Positions 26,492-34,984 of a stretch of 64,000 bases of DNA are shown piece by piece; within the stretch, counting starts at the first letter, position 1, and each line of letters opens with the position of its first letter. Location: IMG/VR virus record IMGVR_UViG_3300048927_000250, positions 1 to 64,000 of that record; one strand, given 5' to 3'. A program made the position numbers and the translations under genes. The notes below the pieces were generated by a model, which searched no databases, was not told the origin of the DNA, and saw nothing but the letters and a program-made list of their open reading frames with translations.

Positions 26492-27026
26492 CCTTCTTCT
26501 TCCTTTTTGGTTTAGGGATTAACTTCAAATCCCGTTGTTTAAACGATACCACGGTACCGCCACAGTCCGGGTTGACAGCGATGGCCAGTTTGACTGCCGC
26601 TACAGCGTCCAGTCCGTTGTATGCGCCCATCTTCGCAATACGTAACCCATTACCATGACCGTAGGTTTTATGCGATGTATCGGCCTTATAGAGCGTTGTG
26701 TCGTCAAAGGCGTACAGGTAACGTTTGGTCAAAACCAACATACTGCGGTCGGCTTGAGGACCAAAGGTCTTGTGCATGTATTCCGGTAACTCGATACTTA
26801 CGTCGTCGGTCACATCTAGCGCACGGACTAACGGCTCAATCGAGAGTTGCCAGGACACCCGTGTAGTGAAGTCGGTGTTTTCACCGCACATCCCAAGGAC
26901 CATATCCCCGGCTTCATTATCCCAGAGCTTTAGCATCGCCCCCAGGTCTTCACTGTTATACCCTCGGTCGATGATAGCCCGGCTGTCAGCGGCAATGATG
27001 CCGCGATGGTAAAGTACTATCGACAT
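26484..27026 (-). CDS. Ntn-hydrolase / proteasome-beta (HslV)-like protein
   Basis: N-terminal (M)SIV...IAADSR, K, G..G, GxG..A......A.AV..A...P.CGG.V; AAGGGG SD. Confidence 0.7.
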   Translation of the reverse strand: MSIVLYHRGIIAADSRAIIDRGYNSEDLGAMLKLWDNEAGDMVLGMCGENTDFTTRVSWQLSIEPLVRALDVTDDVSIELPEYMHKTFGPQADRSMLVLTKRYLYAFDDTTLYKADTSHKTYGHGNGLRIAKMGAYNGLDAVAAVKLAIAVNPDCGGTVVSFKQRDLKLIPKPKRKKKDA

Positions 27027-27052
27027 GCGATAACCCCTTGAATGCAAAATAA

Positions 27053-27078
27053 AAAATGGGGACAAGCGTCCCCATTTT
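27053..27078 (-). terminator. Terminator-like hairpin
   Basis: AAAATGGGGAC-(loop)-GTCCCCATTTT, flanked by a T run on the - strand. Confidence 0.7.
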
Positions 27079-27085
27079 AGGATTA

Positions 27086-27394
27086 CTAGCAGCGCTGCTG
27101 TTTAGCCTGAGTAGAGCCACTGCCTTGGGTTTTCTTTGCCGGAGCAGTTTCAACCGCCGGTTGTTTCGGCACGTCAAACGCAATTGCTTCAAAGTCGCTG
27201 TTGAAGTACACGTTGTAACCCGGTTTCACTTTGAACGGAACCTGGTCGGTGTTAACGGTAAAGGTCACACCGGAATCCAGCTGGAAGTCGATGGTGTCGT
27301 TGTGTACGTCCAGTGCTTGCGCGTACTTACCTTCGTCATCGGTGAACAGGAATGCTGCCAGTGGAGCCAGTTGTGCCAGAGTTGTTTTAGACAT
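27086..27394 (-). CDS. Hypothetical small protein, possibly OB-fold (DUF1344-like)
   Basis: I.F.LDSG.TF......F.VKPG.NV pattern; AAGAGGA SD. Confidence 0.5.
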   Translation of the reverse strand: MSKTTLAQLAPLAAFLFTDDEGKYAQALDVHNDTIDFQLDSGVTFTVNTDQVPFKVKPGYNVYFNSDFEAIAFDVPKQPAVETAPAKKTQGSGSTQAKQQRC

Positions 27395-27410
27395 CAGTAT
27401 TTCCTCTTGA

Positions 27411-27620
27411 TTAAGTTTGTAGCCAGCCATGGTCGTACGCTATGGTTAACGCCCAGTAGATTACGCACATGATGGTGATTGCACTTGAAAGAAAAACGAA
27501 TACCGCTAACTTATTGATTTTGAAGCGCCCTATTACGTAGATAACCAGACACGCAAAACCAAAGACGGTAACCGCGAACATGAAGGCGAAGTGGGCGAGT
27601 CCCCAATCTGAACTTGACAT
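27411..27620 (-). CDS. Small 2-TM membrane protein
   Basis: GGAGG SD, two hydrophobic helices. Confidence 0.6.
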   Translation of the reverse strand: MSSSDWGLAHFAFMFAVTVFGFACLVIYVIGRFKINKLAVFVFLSSAITIMCVIYWALTIAYDHGWLQT

Positions 27621-27621
27621 C

Positions 27622-27825
27622 CTACCTCCAGTTGTAGATGAACAAGGCGTAACCGAACGGGACGTACGAAAGGAACAATGACATGAATGCCACGTACGCC
27701 CCAACCAGCCACCACCGCCGTTTGGGTTTTGCATCCTTAATTACCAACCAACAGGCCAGTGAGAAGGAACACATGGCCGTCAGGGTGATAAGAAAGAAAA
27801 GACCGGTTAATCCAGGGAGACTCAT
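27622..27825 (-). CDS. Small 2-TM membrane protein
   Basis: Two hydrophobic helices; ATGA-coupled to sspB. Confidence 0.6.
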   Translation of the reverse strand: MSLPGLTGLFFLITLTAMCSFSLACWLVIKDAKPKRRWWLVGAYVAFMSLFLSYVPFGYALFIYNWR

Positions 27826-28244
27826 TCCTTGCCGCCCTGGATAAGTCCAAACTTCGGTCGGGTCGGTGCCACCGGAGGTGTTTCAGCCGGAGCCTCATCG
27901 GAGTAATCCTTGAAGTCCGGGAACTCGGCTGCACCAAACCAGAGGGGTGGCATCTTACACTCACGCGGTCGTCCGCCGAAGAGCACGATGTCTTCCCACT
28001 TAATCATGGTACCTTGTTTCTTGCGGTCGAAGGCACCAGAGAAGTCCAGTCCCCAGTCACGCACGGTCAAGGCGCAGGAGTTAGGGCCGATGTTCAACAC
28101 AACGACACCCTCGTGGCCCCGGTCACGAATGACCGGGTTGTCGAGGTTCTCGGTACGAACCCAGATGTGGGGCGTCTGACCGTTATCCTGGAAGAACGAG
28201 TACAGGGTATTAAACATGTAGACAGATAAATTGGTCGATTGCAT
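27822..28244 (-). CDS. sspB: SspB-like ClpXP adaptor
   Basis: Y.....Y....DN..TPH..V......G.VVLNI.P pattern plus acidic/Pro linker and basic-hydrophobic C-tail (RPKFGLIQGGKE). Confidence 0.75.
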   Translation of the reverse strand: MQSTNLSVYMFNTLYSFFQDNGQTPHIWVRTENLDNPVIRDRGHEGVVVLNIGPNSCALTVRDWGLDFSGAFDRKKQGTMIKWEDIVLFGGRPRECKMPPLWFGAAEFPDFKDYSDEAPAETPPVAPTRPKFGLIQGGKE

Positions 28245-28762
28245 CAGTGTGTGCGTCCTGTTAAAATAGGTTGGTGAAGGGTCTCGTCGTACCCTTCTTC
28301 GTTAGGGAGTACCAACTCCTCGTCAGACCAGATAACCTGGTAATACTGAACCATGCGCTGTAGTCCGTAGTACCGTTCGTTTCCGTGCACCACGTCCGGA
28401 TGTTCGCCAATGATAGGGACGATATTAACCCGTCCGTACATGGCAAAGCCGTCGTCTACGTTAACGCAGGTTGGGAGCATGTCGATAATCCCGGTGGTTA
28501 CGCCATAGGTTTCCCAGTAGGAAACAGTTGCGTTGAGAATCATCGCCAGGTCTTCCATGGGGACAATTCCAGTAACCACTAGTTCAGGCCACCCGCGCTC
28601 GTTGAGTCCGATTGTGCTGAGGTAGCCACACGGGACATCTTCGAATCCAGGTATCTCACAACTCTTACCAATATAAGCCGGTGCGAAACCGTTCTCCTTA
28701 ATCATTTCGGCAATGTGTGAATGGGAAGCAGCATCAAAGGGGAGGTACTCAGCGTTTACCAT
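28244..28762 (-). CDS. DUF4262-family protein
   Basis: I...G......Y.TIGL...G.PELVVTG....ILN and QVIW.D....P.E..YD...QP.L. Confidence 0.7.
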   Translation of the reverse strand: MVNAEYLPFDAASHSHIAEMIKENGFAPAYIGKSCEIPGFEDVPCGYLSTIGLNERGWPELVVTGIVPMEDLAMILNATVSYWETYGVTTGIIDMLPTCVNVDDGFAMYGRVNIVPIIGEHPDVVHGNERYYGLQRMVQYYQVIWSDEELVLPNEEGYDETLHQPILTGRTH

Positions 28763-28833
28763 CGGACACCTCGTTAACAGGTTATCTATACTAAGTTCAC
28801 CCCCACGTCACTTTTTACAGTGGTAGGTGGCAT

Positions 28834-28864
28834 AAAAAAAGGAGGGACCGAAGTCCCTCCTTTT
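28834..28864. terminator. Terminator (cUUCGg loop on the - strand)
   Basis: AAAAGGAGGGAC-TTCG-GTCCCTCCTTTT. Confidence 0.8.
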
Positions 28865-29024
28865 ATGCTGCTTCTGCTGCCGGGGCTACACCGAGGCCCA
28901 AGAGAAACTCCTGGACAATTGGTTTTGCCTCCGTCACCACTCGTGTGTACGCAGCGGCTTCGATATCGACAGGGAATTGCTTCTCCTTCCGTTCTCTTAC
29001 CGCTTTGTGCATGTTTGTATTCAT
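28863..29024 (-). CDS. Unannotated 53-aa microprotein (MNTNMHKAVRERKEKQFPVDIEAAAY...APAAEAA)
   Basis: Manual translation; upstream TATG motif, GGGGA SD and terminator immediately after the stop. Confidence 0.6.
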   Translation of the reverse strand: MNTNMHKAVRERKEKQFPVDIEAAAYTRVVTEAKPIVQEFLLGLGVAPAAEAA

Positions 29025-29076
29025 TCCGTTCCCCAGAGGTGTAGTCGACCTACATAGGAAAGGCGGAATGTTTACT

Positions 29077-29862
29077 TTACTTCATGGGGAAAGTCTGGTA
29101 GAACGAACGCAGGATGCCCTCATGTATCCGAACAAAGACATCAGCCTTTTCCCAGTTCCCGTCAGCGTAAACACCGACCAAATCCAGGCGGGCAATCTCA
29201 TGTCCAAGTTCAACATGGTTCTGCTGGATAGTCCCGTGAATCAAATGGAAATTGGCTTTGTCGCCCCCGAAGAAAGTATAGCGCGCAGAAACCAGTTTAG
29301 TCTCCGGGTTATACTTCAAGCAACGAGCGGCAGTACGAGTTACGCCATCCAAGTCGAATCGGAACTTACCCGTCCATTCTGGGAAGGTGTTCTTTCTCCC
29401 CGCCAGATTAGAACTGTTCAGCTTGTTGATTTCTTCGGTCAACTCCCAGACAAACTGGGTTTCAGTCTGAGTACCGTAATACGTCAACCCGCCATCCAAC
29501 AGTTCCCGAGTTTTCACTACCCGCCGGAAAAAGTTACGGGCCAGGCGATTGTTCGCGGCGATGCGTAAAGCAGTACGCTCCCATCTTGCAATTTTTTCAG
29601 GACTCAGGGTAGGGGCATCCCCTAGGCTGGTTGTCTGAATATTTCGCGTGACCGGAATATCAAAGCGGGTGGTGATAAGACCATCAGATTTCCTCACGCC
29701 GAAAAAGTGTAACTCGGCACCCGACTCCCCAACCGGTACGGCAACAACTACAGCGTACATCTTACGGTTAGGAACTTCGACCGTTTGTACAACACGCGCA
29801 CCAGGAGTATTGGCGACGACGTTAACTAACGGGAGGTTCAGAAAGTCTGCGGTATTTTTCAT
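29077..29862 (-). CDS. Hypothetical protein
   Basis: AAGGA SD; protein-like along its whole length. Confidence 0.65.
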   Translation of the reverse strand: MKNTADFLNLPLVNVVANTPGARVVQTVEVPNRKMYAVVVAVPVGESGAELHFFGVRKSDGLITTRFDIPVTRNIQTTSLGDAPTLSPEKIARWERTALRIAANNRLARNFFRRVVKTRELLDGGLTYYGTQTETQFVWELTEEINKLNSSNLAGRKNTFPEWTGKFRFDLDGVTRTAARCLKYNPETKLVSARYTFFGGDKANFHLIHGTIQQNHVELGHEIARLDLVGVYADGNWEKADVFVRIHEGILRSFYQTFPMK

Positions 29863-29932
29863 ACTTTGGTGTCCTTAAAAGGATTAATTAGAGGGTACGC
29901 TTTAACCGGCGTACATCGGCTTACTGCATACG

Positions 29933-31270
29933 TTATTGGATAACGTAATTTTTGAGGATGAATGTGCAAGCAGGGTGAGTGATGCGGACGAACTTGGTGT
30001 CGGTGTAGAACAGGTTCATGTTTGCACGACGGTTGAACAACTGACCCACTTCATGGTTCCAGTCCTGGAAGCGTTCGACCGTGATTTTCACCAGAGTGGA
30101 ATCTCCGCCAGAACCGTCGATGAATTCCAGTGCCCACTTGATGACTGCCTCCAGTTGGTCTTCGCGCAGTTCTTCCGCAACGAAATCCATACCGTTGTGT
30201 AAGTCAATGGCCACCTGAAGGTTGGCCATGATGATATCCATGTTGGCCGCCATCTCTTCTTTGGTGAAGACGCCTTCCTTCTTGAAGATACGCGGGCGCG
30301 CTTCATTCATACGCTCACCGAAAGTTTTCTCTTTATCGACCAGTGTCGTAACCAGCGGTTGCTCACTGTGGACGTGAACCGATTTACCATCGGTAACCAT
30401 GGTGCCGCGCATTACTTCCTGACCTGCACCACTGGAACCAAAACCACCTGCGCCGCGTTCAGTTTCCGTACTGAACTCATTCACCTGTTTGAACAGACCC
30501 ATTACCACCGGTTGAATCAGGTACTGGGCAATACGGTCACCACGAGAGATTTTGAACGCCGCTCCCTGAGTGTTACGGTTCCACAGAGAGACCATCAGTT
30601 GCCCGTTGTAGTCGGCATCAATGACACCCGTGAGGTTACCCAGTACGATACCGTGTTTGTGACCCAGACCAGAACGCGGATGAATCAGACCCACGTAGTT
30701 CGGGTTCTTCAGGAAGAACGCCAGCCCGGTTGGAATCAGTTTGGTTTCACCCGGTTCCAGGAAGGTGTCTTCCGTAACGGCAGCCATCAGGTCAACCCCG
30801 GCTGCGTCTTCAGAACCACGTGGAGCGAACTCTTTACCCCAATACAGTTCTTCGTCGAGTACCTTTACTTCGACCTGAATGCAGTTACGGTCGTAGGCGA
30901 CTGGCGGCGGAAGTTTAGCCAGCGTTTCTTCTGTCAGCATTGTCTGACGGTGAGTGATAAACGCGCGCACCATGCCCAATGGGAAGGAGAATTTGTAGAA
31001 CGGAGTGGAGTCCCCTTCTTCATGGACATCGAAGGTCGTGTCCATCAGGACGAACTTACCATGTCCTGCGTCCGGTCCTGTTTCTGCTGAATACACGACG
31101 TTGAAACCAAAGTCGGTAAAGAATGAAGTTATGTGTTTAACATACGCCTCTTCCTCCGCTGCCGATACTTCGAAAGGTGTATCCGGGTGAGGGAAGTTCT
31201 GATGTATCGCGTGCAGTGTTCCCCATACGGCGTCGATGACACCGCGTACAGCATTAATTTTCTCAGACAT
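29933..31270 (-). CDS. dut: Trimeric-type dUTPase with long N- and C-terminal extensions
   Basis: All five motifs: GVDL, IPTG, PRSG, GVIDADY.G, GDRIAQ/RGxGGFGSSG. Confidence 0.92.
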   Translation of the reverse strand: MSEKINAVRGVIDAVWGTLHAIHQNFPHPDTPFEVSAAEEEAYVKHITSFFTDFGFNVVYSAETGPDAGHGKFVLMDTTFDVHEEGDSTPFYKFSFPLGMVRAFITHRQTMLTEETLAKLPPPVAYDRNCIQVEVKVLDEELYWGKEFAPRGSEDAAGVDLMAAVTEDTFLEPGETKLIPTGLAFFLKNPNYVGLIHPRSGLGHKHGIVLGNLTGVIDADYNGQLMVSLWNRNTQGAAFKISRGDRIAQYLIQPVVMGLFKQVNEFSTETERGAGGFGSSGAGQEVMRGTMVTDGKSVHVHSEQPLVTTLVDKEKTFGERMNEARPRIFKKEGVFTKEEMAANMDIIMANLQVAIDLHNGMDFVAEELREDQLEAVIKWALEFIDGSGGDSTLVKITVERFQDWNHEVGQLFNRRANMNLFYTDTKFVRITHPACTFILKNYVIQ

Positions 31271-31590
31271 TACACTTTCCCTAATTCTGGATTGGCTTTA
31301 TAACGGTCGATGGCAGCCTGACATTCATCATGCGGCACATCGGTATAGTAGCAGAGCTGCTCGGCAGTAATACCGGAGTCTACGAGGCGACGCATCCCTT
31401 CACGCTTTAACGTGGTTTGCAGCTGGTCACCGAGATATTCAAGCGCCGACTCCTGAAACACGATAGCGCCCGTCAGGCGCATCGAGGAGTCCAGGGTGTC
31501 GAAGATTTGGTCACGTATTTCAGTAGAGGTTTTCACGGAACAGCTCCTGGAGAGAATCGCTGTTCTCATCAAGTAAATGATAACCCGCAC
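31270..31590 (-). CDS. Hypothetical protein
   Basis: In-operon ORF. Confidence 0.5.
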   Translation of the reverse strand: MRVIIYLMRTAILSRSCSVKTSTEIRDQIFDTLDSSMRLTGAIVFQESALEYLGDQLQTTLKREGMRRLVDSGITAEQLCYYTDVPHDECQAAIDRYKANPELGKV

Positions 31591-31972
31591 GAGACTTCGG
31601 GTCGATAATGGTCAAAGCACGGGGACGAGGCAAATTCCACGACGGGTCTGCTGCGTACTTTTCATCCCATTCTTTCTGCGCAGCCAGCGTTGACTCTTCA
31701 GCCTCCACATTGATGCGTTCCCAGTGACGGTTGCGGGTTTCCATCGCGACCAGTTGATGGTGCAATGTGTTCTGGTCATAGTCCGCCGCGGTTTCATGGA
31801 ACCAGGGCTGGTCACGGAAGTTGATGTCGGAGGCAATGAATGACACCTCTTCCCCATCAGCGTCACCCGTCATGACTTCAGCTGGACAAGATTCAATCAC
31901 GTCGATTAAGTTGTCCACCGCTTTGTGCATCGCGCTCCGGATTAAAGAGGCGTCTATCTTGTTTACGGACAT
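31520..31972 (-). CDS. Hypothetical acidic protein
   Basis: AAGGAG SD. Confidence 0.6.
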   Translation of the reverse strand: MSVNKIDASLIRSAMHKAVDNLIDVIESCPAEVMTGDADGEEVSFIASDINFRDQPWFHETAADYDQNTLHHQLVAMETRNRHWERINVEAEESTLAAQKEWDEKYAADPSWNLPRPRALTIIDPKSRAGYHLLDENSDSLQELFRENLY

Positions 31973-31981
31973 AAAGACTCC

Positions 31982-32317
31982 TTACGGGAGAGCAAGGGAA
32001 TCCTGCTCCTCTATAGTAGGGTCCTCGAAGTAAAATTCGAGCTTTTCCAGGAATGCGTCGATGTGGTCATCAAACGTTTTCCCGCCCAGTAGCATTTCCT
32101 TCTCTGGGTTATACCAGGTAATGTCAATGACTTCTAAATGCACCTCCCCACGTTGCAGCGTGTCAACATTCATTGAGAGGGAGTTGTACCCATTCTCAAT
32201 GGTTTGATTCAGGTCGAAAATAAACGGAGAAAGGAGCGAGGGGTCTAACCCCTCGCCCTTCTCGTCTATGACAACCCGATATGCTTCTCCGAAGAGACTC
32301 AATACCGTGCGTGCCAT
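31982..32317 (-). CDS. Hypothetical acidic protein
   Basis: GGAG SD before MARTVL. Confidence 0.6.
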   Translation of the reverse strand: MARTVLSLFGEAYRVVIDEKGEGLDPSLLSPFIFDLNQTIENGYNSLSMNVDTLQRGEVHLEVIDITWYNPEKEMLLGGKTFDDHIDAFLEKLEFYFEDPTIEEQDSLALP

Positions 32318-32319
32318 AA

Positions 32320-32784
32320 TTACTCCACTGCGTGCCAAAGGCCGCGTTTACCGATGTACTGCGGGGCCAGTAACGCAGCTACCGCAAAAGGAATACCATA
32401 ACGACGACACGCATCACGCAGGTGTTCGCAGCGCATCGCAATCTTTTCCTTTTCACTTCCCAGGTCGTAAGCATCCCCGAACTTCAACTGCAACTTCGGT
32501 TCCATGGTGTTCAGCAGAATCTTGAACTCAGCCAGCGGACTGCGACCGTCGCTGACATCCACAATCACGATGTCCGGTTGGTCTGGACGTGCTGCCATTG
32601 AGGCAATGGCTTCACTGACGAAAGCACAGTCTGGGTTACTGTCACCCGGAATGGTTTCTACGTACTCTGCTTCCAGACCTTGTTTCTGAAGGGTCTGTTG
32701 TAGCAGACGACCCACTGCACTTTTACCAGCGGACGGTGTACCGGTGATGGTAACAACAACGTGACGATTATATTCTTTAGCCAT
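32320..32784 (-). CDS. P-loop-containing small protein
   Basis: VVVTITGTPSAGKS at the N-terminus (NMP-kinase-like start). Confidence 0.55.
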   Translation of the reverse strand: MAKEYNRHVVVTITGTPSAGKSAVGRLLQQTLQKQGLEAEYVETIPGDSNPDCAFVSEAIASMAARPDQPDIVIVDVSDGRSPLAEFKILLNTMEPKLQLKFGDAYDLGSEKEKIAMRCEHLRDACRRYGIPFAVAALLAPQYIGKRGLWHAVE

Positions 32785-32797
32785 TGTAGCAACCTTC

Positions 32798-33253
32798 TTA
32801 TTCTGCTTTGATTAAACGGTTCAGGTGGAGTTCTACGTCCAGGGAGAATTCGTGGATGTCACTGCCGTCTTTACGGCGGTCTGTAGCAGCCTTATACATC
32901 TTGGTCGCTGCATCACGCGGCTCGAGCGGATATGACAGCGTACAGAAACGACGAATTTCAAGTTCCGCCAACACCACGCGTAGACGACCGTCTTCAAGGT
33001 CACTGAGGGATGGAATGAAGGTGTTCCATTCCTCGTTCTTGGTAATCAGCGCACGACGACCCAGTTCCCAACGTTGTGCCAACTTATTTTCTAAGATGTG
33101 CGTACGCCAGGTCTGGCGAAAATGATTGTAGTACAGATACCACGCGGTTTGCTCCGCACTGTGTCCCCAGTACCAGCCTTGTAGAATGGCGGAAACGTTT
33201 TGACGGAGAATCTGTTCGGACAACGTGATATTTGCTGGTAACGTCATGTACAA
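32798..33253 (-). CDS. Hypothetical protein, paralog of 62433..62978
   Basis: A.L.G.Y.G......A.Y..Y and PSL..LE shared. Confidence 0.65.
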   Translation of the reverse strand: MYMTLPANITLSEQILRQNVSAILQGWYWGHSAEQTAWYLYYNHFRQTWRTHILENKLAQRWELGRRALITKNEEWNTFIPSLSDLEDGRLRVVLAELEIRRFCTLSYPLEPRDAATKMYKAATDRRKDGSDIHEFSLDVELHLNRLIKAE

Positions 33254-33257
33254 CCCC

Positions 33258-33497
33258 TTATTTAGAAAAGTTCGTGCGGTCTGTGCCGACGAACTGTACT
33301 GTAGTCTCAGCTTCGGAAAGCGTTGACGATGTTAAAGTTTGGATGCGGTGTGGGATATGTTCCTGATACGGTACCTCGTCAGATAACATCTCAAACGGGA
33401 AATGTACCAGGAAAGCCCAGACCACGAAAATAGACAGCACGCCAGCGCAAGCGCTGGCAGCTAAGAACACGAACAACTCTTTCAGGAACTTCTTCAT
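33258..33497 (-). CDS. Small membrane protein
   Basis: N-terminal hydrophobic segment. Confidence 0.55.
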   Translation of the reverse strand: MKKFLKELFVFLAASACAGVLSIFVVWAFLVHFPFEMLSDEVPYQEHIPHRIQTLTSSTLSEAETTVQFVGTDRTNFSK

Positions 33498-33688
33498 TCT
33501 GCTCTTGGACCTTCCGCTAATCCGTCCAGAATAGAAAGGTCAGGGCGCACAGCGTTGTCACGACCCAGTGGTGTCAAGATATAAACGGACTTGCCGTCTT
33601 TATCAATGAAACCAGACTCATCGGCGATAAACGCCGCCGGTTCTTTTTTCCCTGTACACGCACAGGTTTTACATTTGCCACATGACAT
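33494..33688 (-). CDS. Small protein with Cys-rich N-terminus
   Basis: MSCGKCKTCAC; GGAGG SD; early promoter upstream. Confidence 0.55.
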   Translation of the reverse strand: MSCGKCKTCACTGKKEPAAFIADESGFIDKDGKSVYILTPLGRDNAVRPDLSILDGLAEGPRAE

Positions 33689-33722
33689 TTCTTTTTACCC
33701 TCCAATGAAAGAATTGGTTTTG

Positions 33723-33920
33723 CTAACTAGCAGATTCATCTAAGTAATATATTTCTGAGCCCCGATTAGAAAGCTCAGCAATATCCCCGTGACGACGACA
33801 GGTGTTCAGGTGTTCCTGGTCGTGGAACCCTGAGTTGAAACCTTCTTTACGACAAGTGCGGAGGTTCCGCACCTTTCGACCGTGCCGTTGTGCCTTCTGT
33901 AAACTCGCCCGGCTTGCCAT
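33723..33920 (-). CDS. Small basic protein
   Basis: In-operon ORF. Confidence 0.5.
   Translation of the reverse strand: MASRASLQKAQRHGRKVRNLRTCRKEGFNSGFHDQEHLNTCRRHGDIAELSNRGSEIYYLDESAS
33744..33751 (-). promoter_or_regulatory. phiKZ-type early promoter TATATTAC
   Basis: Exact motif upstream of 33494..33688, inside the end of the previous ORF. Confidence 0.55.
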
Positions 33921-33923
33921 ACC

Positions 33924-34304
33924 CTAGACCTTCGCCCAGGTATTCTGGAACCCGCGTTCACTGGCGTCTTCTTCTCTGGCTTTCCAGACGCTCACATTGA
34001 ATTCATCGAGTTTATCCAGGATGGCCTGGGAGATGAGTTTACCGTCGGTGTGTTCTTCTAATGCAGTCCACCACACATCACCTTTATGGTCGCACATGCG
34101 CAAGGACAGCTTACGGATGTCGGGATACCAGGCGATGTCGTTGAACAGGTATTTGGTCCCGCGAACTTCGAGTTCCACGGCAAAGTTCTTAACCAGTAAC
34201 GTCGCGGCTGCTAATGCAACGTTCTCCGGGTCACTTTGATTAAGAATGGCAGTACGGCTTTTACCGCGTTGTGCAGTCATCTCGAGGTAATGTATCTTTT
34301 TCAT
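33924..34304 (-). CDS. Hypothetical protein
   Basis: Start MKKIHY after a terminator; the longer track ORF runs through the terminator. Confidence 0.6.
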   Translation of the reverse strand: MKKIHYLEMTAQRGKSRTAILNQSDPENVALAAATLLVKNFAVELEVRGTKYLFNDIAWYPDIRKLSLRMCDHKGDVWWTALEEHTDGKLISQAILDKLDEFNVSVWKAREEDASERGFQNTWAKV

Positions 34305-34381
34305 AACGTGGCTTCCGTTGTTAATCCAGATTGAACATTGCGATGACGTCAGTGTCGTCGCCTCATAGAAACCGATGAAAC

Positions 34382-34407
34382 AAAAAAAGAAGGGGACCGA
34401 AGTCCCC
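34382..34407 (-). terminator. Terminator (cUUCGg loop)
   Basis: GGGGAC-TTCG-GTCCCC plus T run. Confidence 0.75.
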
Positions 34408-34585
34408 AAGAGGTTCGTCATGATACCGGGTAAATCCTCGTAGGAAATCCCGTTTATTATCCTGTCTATTTTTCGAATGTCTTCGGAACGCCAGAGCCAA
34501 CTTTACACGTGTTGTGGATGGATTGGTTAGTGTTTCACATTACTACTTCGGTGCGTGAATTATAACCACCCACCGAGGTTGCTCG

Positions 34586-34984
34586 TTAGCAGGTGATTTC
34601 CCCGCCGTAATAAAACGCGATACCTTCGCTTCGACAAATCTTTTCCAGAATGTCGACCAGTAAGTGACGATGGCAAAAATCACCGTCACGACAGTAACAC
34701 GCTAACGCTACCCGTCCGTTACGGATTAAACGTAACCAAGGTTCCGGGTCACGGCGAAAGCGTTGACGACACAAGCGGTAGAAACGTTCAACGTACTCCG
34801 CCTCTGTCAGATGACCACACTTATACGCCCACAGAAGCTCTGTGGACGGCGCGAAGACTTTGTCCCCACTCTTGACTGTCGTGTCCAGAAACTCGACGTC
34901 CGTGCGGTGCAGTAAGCGGTGTTTTGCGATTTGAATCGTAAAGCATTCAAACGCTTTCTCTCTATACGACCAGACCATACGCAC
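34586..34984 (-). CDS. DUF488-like protein
   Basis: D.TVKSG...FAP...L...YK......EY...F and LACYC...FCHR.LL. Confidence 0.7.
   Translation of the reverse strand: MRMVWSYREKAFECFTIQIAKHRLLHRTDVEFLDTTVKSGDKVFAPSTELLWAYKCGHLTEAEYVERFYRLCRQRFRRDPEPWLRLIRNGRVALACYCRDGDFCHRHLLVDILEKICRSEGIAFYYGGEITC

Noticed and set aside
28945-29568. 207-aa + strand ORF overlapping 29077..29862
   Set aside because: Codon-register antisense to a protein-like - strand gene with a good SD, and it also overlaps the 53-aa unit. Such shadows are common here.
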